Of a stretch of DNA of 24,000 nucleotides, positions 15,405 to 22,822 are shown piece after piece. Under the pieces are notes generated by a model. It was not told the origin of the DNA and made no database searches. It was given only the letters and a program-made list of their open reading frames with translations. Source of the stretch: an uncultured Bacteroides sp. (GTDB lineage Bacteria; Bacteroidota; Bacteroidia; Bacteroidales; Bacteroidaceae); contig CAXXSS010000001.1 in the NCBI GenBank assembly GCA_963676865.2, forward strand, positions 477,378 through 501,377, written 5' to 3'. Position numbers and translations under genes: made by a program. Within the stretch, counting starts at the first letter, position 1, and each line of letters opens with the position of its first letter.

Positions 15405-17062
15405 TACAAATGATTAGACGCTGTATGGGCTGGCTATGGTCGGCATCGAAAGGCATCCGCCTCCGGCTGTTCATCGATTCGTTCCTCGGATTGATACGTG
15501 TAGCGGCGGGTTTGACGTTTATCTACGTCAGCAAAGTATTGGTCGACCTGGCTACACACAGCCACAACGTCTCTTCCACTACCCTACTCGGCTACGGCGC
15601 CCTATTGGTGGCGCTTATTATCATAGAGCTGATGTCCAACATCTGTAGCTCGTGGCTCAGCAATCAGACAGAAATAAAGATGAAAAACCGCATTCGGCGC
15701 AACCTCTTCGCACACCTCATCAATGCCTATTGGGAAGGACACGAGAAGCTGCACAGCGGCGACATACTCAACCGCCTGGAAGAAGATGTACGCGTAGTGA
15801 CCGATACCTTATGCCATTCGCTTCCGGCACTTTTCACCACCGGCGCCCAGCTCATCGCGGCGTTCGTCTTCCTGAGCCAAATGAACCTCACACTCGCGCT
15901 ATCCGTCATCTGCATCATGCCTTTCTTTCTGCTTGTCAGCAAAATCTACATCCGTCGGATGAGGAGTCTCACCAAAGACATCCGAAACACCGACAGCAGC
16001 GTGCAGAGCATCTTGCAAGAAAGCATCCAACACCGCATCGTGATACAGACCATGGAGCAGAACGATGCCATCACCAACAGGCTCAGCCGGCTGCAATCCA
16101 CCCTCTACGGGCAGACGATGAAACGCACGCGCTTCACCCTCTTCTCGCGCAGCATGGTATCCGTCGGCTTTATGGCAGGATACATCACGGCTTTCATGTG
16201 GAGCATCATCGAACTGCACAACGGAGCCATCACTTTCGGCGTAATGACAGCCTTCTTGCAATTGGTAGCTCAGATTCAAGGTCCCACCGTAGAACTCACC
16301 AAGCAGATACCGGGCTTCATCCATGCCTCTACCTCCATCGACCGGCTCACCGAGCTGGACAAGATACCCACCGAAAAGATCTCCCGCCATCAGATGCTGA
16401 CAGGCATTGCCGGCATCCGACTCACCGACATTTCTTTTCGCTACCTGCAAGGCGACAGAGATATATTCTCCCACTTTTCGTACGACTTCACTCCCGGCAG
16501 CCGCACCGCTATCGTAGGCGAGACGGGAGCCGGCAAGAGTACCATGATTCGCCTGATACTCTCGCTGCTCCACCCGCAGCAGGGCAAAATGGAACTCTAC
16601 AACAACCAAGGCCACGCCATTGCCATGGACGCCGGCAGCCGTTGCAATCTGGTCTACGTGCCCCAAGGCAACAGCCTGCTGAGTGGCACCATACGCGACA
16701 ATCTGCTATTGGGCAATCCCGAGGCAACCGACAAGCAGATGTTCGAAGTACTCCATATTGCCTGCGCCGACTTCGTTTCGGAGTTGCCCGACGGACTCGA
16801 TTCGCACTGCGGAGAGCAAGGAGCCGGACTGAGCGAAGGACAGGCCCAGCGCATCGCCATTGCCCGCGGACTGCTCCGTCCGGGCAGTATTCTGCTGCTC
16901 GACGAATTCAGTTCCTCGCTCGACGGCGACACCGAAAGCACCTTGATACAACGCCTACTGCATACCCGGCAGCAGAAAACAATGATCTTTATCACCCACC
17001 GCGAAATGATTCTGCAATACTGCAACAACGTTATCAAACTGGGTGGAGACAGCAGGTCCTAA
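15401..17062 (+). CDS. ABC exporter, fused permease-ATPase (type I exporter half-transporter)
   Basis: The N-terminal half is a six-TM-like hydrophobic region. It has Walker A GETGAGKST, signature LSEGQAQRIAIARGL, and Walker B ILLLDEFSS followed by LD. Confidence 0.9.
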   Translation: MIQMIRRCMGWLWSASKGIRLRLFIDSFLGLIRVAAGLTFIYVSKVLVDLATHSHNVSSTTLLGYGALLVALIIIELMSNICSSWLSNQTEIKMKNRIRRNLFAHLINAYWEGHEKLHSGDILNRLEEDVRVVTDTLCHSLPALFTTGAQLIAAFVFLSQMNLTLALSVICIMPFFLLVSKIYIRRMRSLTKDIRNTDSSVQSILQESIQHRIVIQTMEQNDAITNRLSRLQSTLYGQTMKRTRFTLFSRSMVSVGFMAGYITAFMWSIIELHNGAITFGVMTAFLQLVAQIQGPTVELTKQIPGFIHASTSIDRLTELDKIPTEKISRHQMLTGIAGIRLTDISFRYLQGDRDIFSHFSYDFTPGSRTAIVGETGAGKSTMIRLILSLLHPQQGKMELYNNQGHAIAMDAGSRCNLVYVPQGNSLLSGTIRDNLLLGNPEATDKQMFEVLHIACADFVSELPDGLDSHCGEQGAGLSEGQAQRIAIARGLLRPGSILLLDEFSSSLDGDTESTLIQRLLHTRQQKTMIFITHREMILQYCNNVIKLGGDSRS

Positions 17063-17180
17063 TCGCTCCCTTATCCGTTCTATCTCTATCGGCCATTCAC
17101 CCTATCGGCTATTTATCTCCGCTCGAGGCAAGCATTCAATACAATAAAGAACGCTCCATATCGCAATAACGCACACAAAA

Positions 17181-17234
17181 AAGGGCTTCAGTAGCCTCCT
17201 TTTCATATCAAGGAGTCCACCGAAGCCCTTTTCG
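17181..17234 (+). terminator. Rho-independent terminator after the ABC exporter gene
   Basis: The outer stem pairs aagggcttc (17181-17189) with gaagccctt (17222-17230). An inner stem pairs ctcctt with aaggag. The structure is followed by tttc. Confidence 0.55.
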
Positions 17235-17245
17235 AAGCGCCAAAA

Positions 17246-17520
17246 CCAATCGATTGGGGTTCGGAAATGGTTTTCGAAGCTCGAATTGCAATCATTTGGT
17301 TAACGAAATCCAAATCCGAGGCTCAGATTCGCTTGCTTTGTTAAAGGAAACCAATTACGAGCCTCGAAAAGCAATCACTTGGTTAAAGGAAGCCAAATAC
17401 GAGGCTCATTTTGCATTTCCCGACCCCAATCGATTGCAATCCGAGGCTCGAAAACTACTTCCGAGGACTGGTCGATTGCTTCACGAGGGTCATTTTGCAT
17501 TTCCGAGGCCCCATTGATTG
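17246..17520. repeat. Degenerate tandem repeat tract, period about 83-84 bp, with CCAATCGATTGG palindromes
   Basis: 17288-17324 versus 17371-17407 is 32/37 identical. 17400-17420 versus 17484-17504 is 20/21 identical (cgagg[c/g]tcattttgcatttcc). The palindrome ccaatcgattgg lies at 17246-17257, with near copies at 17426-17436 and about 17510-17520. Confidence 0.65.
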
Positions 17521-17578
17521 GGATTTTAACACTCAACAGATTGGATGCGCTGCGCTCAATGCAAATTCAGAGGGAATA

Positions 17579-19108
17579 CTACTGAGCCTGCCACAGACTT
17601 TGAGCGTATGTGCGATACCAATAAGTGTAGTCAGCGTTGGTGGGACCGAAGGTCAGGCAGTTACTGTTACTGCTATCAAAGCTAGGCGTAGATGACCAAT
17701 AATGGCCGGCCGTTCCTCCTGCGACGAAATCACTCCCCCCAGGGATCAATCTACCGGCAGCCGGAAGAAAGAAATAGTTCGTACTGAGATTGAGAGCAGA
17801 AATCGTCGCAGCACTCAGTGAGGACAACAACGTAGGAGTAGTACTTGTCACACCACTCGAAACAGTGGTAGAATAACCAGTGATGCCCGATTTCTTCCGA
17901 AGCCACATGCCTGACGTAGTATAATTGCCATCTATCAGTTCATACTCCGTTTTATTAACGATTCCATCGTCCCAATAACATCCCGCCTTCAGGTACCAAC
18001 TAATCTCGTAGCCGTTGGGACAAATCTTGCAAGCGTAGAGCGCACGGTTGCTATAGTCGGTAGTGCCGTCGGCCAAAGGAGTAGTATTAACATTGTAACT
18101 CTCGGAACCTAAGGTGGCAGGTTTATAATCGATAGCGTCCCAAAGATAAAGTTTACTCGAATCAAAGAAAGCATTAGTTATCGCCAATGGTTTGGACTTG
18201 ACTTGGGCGGCAGTCAAAGAGAAACCACTCAGCGTTATAATCCGATTGGTATAGGAATTACCCGAATCGTCCGAGCACGAAATGGTGAGCGTACCATTAA
18301 TGCCACTGAAAGGCCACGTCATGAAGTAAACATCCACCACCCCGGCTGTCGTGGGCGTAATGGTAGCAGTCCAACTCGTACCCCAAGAGCCTGTCAACTT
18401 ATTGAGAGTTCCGTCCGCCTTGAGAGTAGCAGTGCCACCGTTACCGGGAAGGATATTGGCGGCCGAAGAAGTGAGCGTCACCGTAACAGGATAGCTCGTA
18501 GAGAAGCTGCTGCTCGTGAGGTGAAGGTTCATCATGCCAAAAAGATGGTGCATCGCCAGCGAACCGGGTAGACCCGTACTGTAATCGACACTGGCGCTGC
18601 CATAGAGCGCATCGTAGGTGGCGCAGTCTGCCAACGTACCCTTCTGGCTCGCCAGCGTGGTAGCCGCAAGGGAACTCGTTCCGTCAGTTGCCACAGTGGG
18701 TGTATAGCCTCCGCCCGAATTACCGGAGAAAGCATAGAGACGCACACCGGGATTGTAGCGATAGCCGATACCGCCCGAATAAGAGAACGTGGCCGAAGTG
18801 CCACTCGTAGTGGTAGTGGCAAACGGTAAAGAAGTCGTCACAGCCTGAACGGCGCGATTCAATACATATGGATGATAGATCTTGAGCTGGTCACTATTCC
18901 AAGAACAACTGAAAGCGCCGCCATACGTATCGCTCATACTCACACGGCTCGATGCCTCGCCCAGCTGAGCCGTGAGCGGAAGGCTCGCCACAGAGGCACC
19001 CTCACTCACTTGAGCGTTATCACTACTTTGGCATGAGCCAAAGCAAAGGAGCAGCGCAAGCACTACATATAGCGGCGCTGCTAAAAGAGGTCGACTAATC
19101 TGTTTCAT
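17579..19108 (-). CDS. Fimbrillin-family surface lipoprotein paralog 1 (conserved N-terminal region, variable C-terminal FISUMP/DUF1566-like domain)
   Basis: The lipobox is LLCFGSC. SRVSMSDTYGGAFSCSWNSDQLKIY fits the fimbrillin (Mfa-like) N-terminal pattern. The C-terminal YFFLPAAG..G..GHYWSSTP..ends in WQAQ. Nearly identical N-terminal two-thirds are shared with the three downstream-coordinate paralogs. Confidence 0.85.
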   Translation of the reverse strand: MKQISRPLLAAPLYVVLALLLCFGSCQSSDNAQVSEGASVASLPLTAQLGEASSRVSMSDTYGGAFSCSWNSDQLKIYHPYVLNRAVQAVTTSLPFATTTTSGTSATFSYSGGIGYRYNPGVRLYAFSGNSGGGYTPTVATDGTSSLAATTLASQKGTLADCATYDALYGSASVDYSTGLPGSLAMHHLFGMMNLHLTSSSFSTSYPVTVTLTSSAANILPGNGGTATLKADGTLNKLTGSWGTSWTATITPTTAGVVDVYFMTWPFSGINGTLTISCSDDSGNSYTNRIITLSGFSLTAAQVKSKPLAITNAFFDSSKLYLWDAIDYKPATLGSESYNVNTTPLADGTTDYSNRALYACKICPNGYEISWYLKAGCYWDDGIVNKTEYELIDGNYTTSGMWLRKKSGITGYSTTVSSGVTSTTPTLLSSLSAATISALNLSTNYFFLPAAGRLIPGGSDFVAGGTAGHYWSSTPSFDSSNSNCLTFGPTNADYTYWYRTYAQSLWQAQ

Positions 19109-19138
19109 CGTATCTTACTTTAAAAATTAAAAGATTCG

Positions 19139-19336
19139 TTACTGATCGCTCCAAGTATCGGAGTCCGTGCCGCCGGCCTTGTTCCAGCTATCCACCGCCA
19201 CTCCACTGGGGCTATTGTCCGTCACGCCCTGAGAGGCTGCAAAGCCGCCCTCGGTAGCAACCTGCACCCGCTCCGTGCGTGGTGCATCGTAGGCAGGCTT
19301 GCCTATCGCACTGTCATGCTCTTTTTCGGTATTCAT
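19139..19336 (-). CDS. Small acidic, low-complexity ORF (65 aa) upstream of paralog 1
   Basis: The ORF lies in the 295-bp gap between paralogs. Its stop is 30 nt before the paralog 1 ATG, on the same strand. There is no signal peptide, and the sequence is G/S/T/D-rich. A 3'-end remnant recurs at 21025-21053. Whether it is coding is uncertain. Confidence 0.35.
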   Translation of the reverse strand: MNTEKEHDSAIGKPAYDAPRTERVQVATEGGFAASQGVTDNSPSGVAVDSWNKAGGTDSDTWSDQ

Positions 19337-19403
19337 ATCTATCTTATCTATTATTTATTAAAAACCTTTTTAAAAATGTTCGTATGTAAATACTGAGAGA
19401 ACA

Positions 19404-20957
19404 CTACTGCCCCTGCCACACGCAGTAACCGCTGGTGCGATTGCCATTGACGAGGCTCGCACCAGAACTGCCCAAGCTCAGGCAGTAGGCGTACGTGGCA
19501 TTAGGGTAGGGGTAGGGCGTAGACGACCAATAGTAGCCCATCGTACCACCACTAAAGAAACTGTTATAATTGCCCTTCGTATAGCCGGCAAGCGGCAGAA
19601 AGAAGTAGTCGGTACTCAAATTTAATGCACTAATTTGAGTAGAAGTCATACCGGACAATGCCACGGAACTACTAATTTGGGTGCCGGTAAAAGCACTAGT
19701 TGAGGAAAAGCCTGTGATTTTTGATTGCTTCAAAAACCACATACCTACTTTAGTAGTAAGGCCGTTAACCATAGTATAGCTTTTGGTATTACCACCATTA
19801 GCCCCCTGGTTACCGTCATCCCAATAGTATTGAGCACTCAAATACCAACTAATTGCGTTATAGTTAGGACAATTCTTGCAAGCATAGATGGCATGAATAG
19901 TGTAGTCAGTAGGGTCGTTGGATACAGTAGTGGTATTGGCATTGGTAGGTTTAACGCCCACGGTTGCAGACTGATAATCAGTGGCATCCCAAGTGTAAAC
20001 TTTGGAATAATCAATAGGAGCATTAGCTAGCGCCAGCGGCTTGGACTTAACCTGAGCGGCAGCCAAACCGAAGTTGCTTAACGTGATGGTGCGGGCAGTA
20101 TAAACATTGCCAGTACCATCCGAGCACGAAACGATGAGAATACCGTTAATGGCACTGAAAGGCCAAGTCATAAAGTAGACATCCACCACCCCAGCTGTCG
20201 TCGGGGTAATAGTAGCGCTCCAGTTTGTGCCCCAAGAGCCCGTCAATACATTGAGACTGCCGTCCGCCTTGAAAGTAGCAGTTCCACCGTTACCGGGAAG
20301 GATATTGGCGGCCGAAGAAGTGAGCGTCACCGTAACAGGATAGCTCGTAGAGAAGGTGCTACTCGTGAGGTGAAGGTTCATCATGCCGAAAAGATGGTGC
20401 ATCGTCAACAACGCAGGTTTACCCGTACTGTAGTTCACACTGGCGCTACCATAGAGCGCATCGTAGGTGGCGCAGTCCGTCAACGTACCCTTCTGGCTCG
20501 CCAACGTGGTAGCCGCAAGGGAACTCGTACCATCAGTTGCCACAGTGGGTATATAGGTTCCACCCGCATTACTGGAGAAAGCATAGAGCCGTGCACCCGG
20601 ATTGTAGCGATAGCCGACACCGCCCGAATAAGAGAACGTGGCCGAAGTGCCGTTCGTTGTGTTAGTGCCAAACGGTAGATAAGTCGTCATGGCCTGAACG
20701 GCGCCACTGAGCACGTATGGATGATAAATCTTAAGCTGGTCGCTGTTCCAAGAACAGCTGAAAGCGCCACCATACGTATCGTTCATAATCACACGGCTCG
20801 ATACCTCGCCTATCTGTGCCGTAAGCGGAAGGTTCGCCACAGAGGCGCCCTCACTCACTTGAGCGTTATCACTACTCTGGCAGGAGCCAAAGCACAAAAG
20901 CAACGCAAGCACTACATATAGCGGCGCTGCAAAAAGGGGTCGATAGTTTTTTTTCAT
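19404..20957 (-). CDS. Fimbrillin-family surface lipoprotein paralog 2
   Basis: The architecture matches paralog 1. By alignment with the paralog N-termini (MKQISRPLL / MIQISRPLF), the start is more likely MKKNYRPLF (ATG at 20957) than the upstream Met at 20978. It ends in WQGQ. Confidence 0.85.
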   Translation of the reverse strand: MKKNYRPLFAAPLYVVLALLLCFGSCQSSDNAQVSEGASVANLPLTAQIGEVSSRVIMNDTYGGAFSCSWNSDQLKIYHPYVLSGAVQAMTTYLPFGTNTTNGTSATFSYSGGVGYRYNPGARLYAFSSNAGGTYIPTVATDGTSSLAATTLASQKGTLTDCATYDALYGSASVNYSTGKPALLTMHHLFGMMNLHLTSSTFSTSYPVTVTLTSSAANILPGNGGTATFKADGSLNVLTGSWGTNWSATITPTTAGVVDVYFMTWPFSAINGILIVSCSDGTGNVYTARTITLSNFGLAAAQVKSKPLALANAPIDYSKVYTWDATDYQSATVGVKPTNANTTTVSNDPTDYTIHAIYACKNCPNYNAISWYLSAQYYWDDGNQGANGGNTKSYTMVNGLTTKVGMWFLKQSKITGFSSTSAFTGTQISSSVALSGMTSTQISALNLSTDYFFLPLAGYTKGNYNSFFSGGTMGYYWSSTPYPYPNATYAYCLSLGSSGASLVNGNRTSGYCVWQGQ

Positions 20958-21024
20958 AAGTGCATTCATTTTAAACATTACTAATAAGATCAGATGTTTT
21001 ATATTAAATACTTTTCACTTCATA

Positions 21025-21053
21025 TTACCGATCGCTCCAAGTAGCGGAGCCCG
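21025..21053 (-). other. Remnant of the 3' end of the small acidic ORF
   Basis: ttaccgatcgctccaagtagcggagcccg matches the 3' end of the 65-aa ORF (19139-19167, ttactgatcgctccaagtatcggagtccg) at 26 of 29 positions. Similarity is then lost, and no ORF remains. Confidence 0.5.
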
Positions 21054-21247
21054 CATCACAGAATTACCTCTTTCGATCTCTTTATTCTTTTTCAATTATT
21101 GGTTATGGCAACGCTTCCGATTCTTCAAACGAGTGGAAACAGCCCAAACTCGATGTTTTTCCTCATGTCCAGTGGATTCATTGATTCTTTCTTCGGCACT
21201 AGATGCCACATAGAAGTGCCTCAGTCAGTAAAAACTCGGAAAGAATA

Positions 21248-22768
21248 CTACTGAGCTATCCACAAAGCACAACCATGCGTACGAAGATGATAGCTGAAGT
21301 ACGCAGTACCGCTATTGAAGCACAGGAAATAAGCATGCGTGATAAGACTATGGGGAGAAGACGACCAATAGACATCACTACTAGTTTTGAATTCGCCAGT
21401 ATCATAGTCCGTATACCCGATAGCTGGTAAGAAGAAGAAATTTGCTTTCAGATTAAGGCTAGAAGCGAGAGAAGCTGTAAGGGAAACAGGAGTACGAGTA
21501 GTGGGAGTACTAGATGCAGTAGAAGAAAAATTTGAGATGAGAGATTTCTTTTTGAACCACATACCCGTCTTTGTGTAATTGCCATCAGCCAATTTGTAGG
21601 ACGTCGTATTCCCACCGTTAATTGTGCCATCGTCCCAATAACAATCTTCACTGAGATACCAAGTTATTTCATTGCCATTGGGGCAGCTTTTACAAGCATA
21701 GCTGGCATGATTAAGATAATCGGAAGATGTAACAACGCTGTTTGCATTGGTCGGTTTGGTTCCTGGAATGACAGGTTGATTGTCTGTAGCATCCCAAGCG
21801 TATAACTTAGAATAGGTAGCATCTGCAGGAATGTTGGCTATCGCCAGTGGTTTGGACTTAACCTGAGCAGCAGTCAGAGAGAAACCGCTCAGCGTAACAG
21901 TACGAGGAGTATAATTATAACCCGTATTGTCCGAACACGAAACCGTGAATGTACCGTTAATGGCACTGAAAGGCCAAGTCATGAAATAAACATCCACCAC
22001 CCCAGCTGTCGTGGGCGTAATGGTAGCGCTCCAGTTTGTGCCCCAAGAACCTGTCAACTTATTGAGAGTTCCATCCGCCTTGAAGGTAGCATTGCCACTG
22101 TTACCTGGAAGGATATTGGCGGCCGAAGAAGTAAGCGTCACCGTAACTGGAAAGCTCGTAGAGAAGGTGCTGCTCGTGAGGTGAAGATTCATCATCCCGA
22201 AAAGGTGATGCATCGCCAGCGAGCCGGGCAGACCCGTACTGTAATCGACACTGGCGCTACCATAGAGCGCGTCGTAGGTGGCACAGTCTGCCAACGTACC
22301 ATTCTGGCTCGCCAATGCGGTAGCCGCAAGCGTACTCGTACCGTCAGTTCCCACATTGGGCGTATAGCCTCCGCCCGAATTAACAGAGAAAGCATAGAGA
22401 CGCGCACCCGGATTGTAGCGATAGCCGACACCACCCGAATAAGAGAACGTGGCCGAAGTACCGTTCGTTGTGTTAGTGCCAAACGGTAGATAAGTCGTCA
22501 TGGCCTGAACGGCGCCACTGAGCACGTATGGATGATAAATATTGAGCTGGTCGCTGTTCCAAGAACAGCTGAAGGCACCACCATACGTATCGCTCATACT
22601 CACACGGCTCGAGACATCACCTATCTGTGCCGTGAGCGGAAGGCTCGACACAGAGGCACCCTGGCTCACTCGAGCATTATCGCTACTCTGGCAAGAGCCA
22701 AAGCACAATAGCACCGCAAGCACTACATATAGCGGCGCTGCAAAAAGAGGTCGACTAATCTGTATCAT
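21248..22768 (-). CDS. Fimbrillin-family surface lipoprotein paralog 3
   Basis: It has the same lipobox and conserved N-terminal region, a divergent C-terminal third, and ends in WIAQ. Confidence 0.85.
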   Translation of the reverse strand: MIQISRPLFAAPLYVVLAVLLCFGSCQSSDNARVSQGASVSSLPLTAQIGDVSSRVSMSDTYGGAFSCSWNSDQLNIYHPYVLSGAVQAMTTYLPFGTNTTNGTSATFSYSGGVGYRYNPGARLYAFSVNSGGGYTPNVGTDGTSTLAATALASQNGTLADCATYDALYGSASVDYSTGLPGSLAMHHLFGMMNLHLTSSTFSTSFPVTVTLTSSAANILPGNSGNATFKADGTLNKLTGSWGTNWSATITPTTAGVVDVYFMTWPFSAINGTFTVSCSDNTGYNYTPRTVTLSGFSLTAAQVKSKPLAIANIPADATYSKLYAWDATDNQPVIPGTKPTNANSVVTSSDYLNHASYACKSCPNGNEITWYLSEDCYWDDGTINGGNTTSYKLADGNYTKTGMWFKKKSLISNFSSTASSTPTTRTPVSLTASLASSLNLKANFFFLPAIGYTDYDTGEFKTSSDVYWSSSPHSLITHAYFLCFNSGTAYFSYHLRTHGCALWIAQ

Positions 22769-22822
22769 AAAAATATTTATTTAAATAAATGAGTCATTAC
22801 TAAACTAAATACTGAAAAGATA

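Noticed and set aside
15652-17169. 505-aa ORF in an alternative frame, overlapping the ABC exporter gene
   Set aside because: Its product is extremely Arg/His/Pro/Gln-rich and low-complexity, and it lies wholly inside a well-supported ABC gene with canonical Walker and signature motifs. It is a typical shadow ORF in GC-rich coding sequence. The same applies to the minus-strand ORFs at 15899-16666 and 16654-17037.
18203-18571. Antisense ORFs recurring inside each lipoprotein paralog (18203-18571, 20370-20678, 22181-22489, 23441-23884)
   Set aside because: They recur only because the host genes are paralogs. Their products are Arg-rich shadow-frame translations, and the sense-strand genes have strong signal-peptide and domain evidence.
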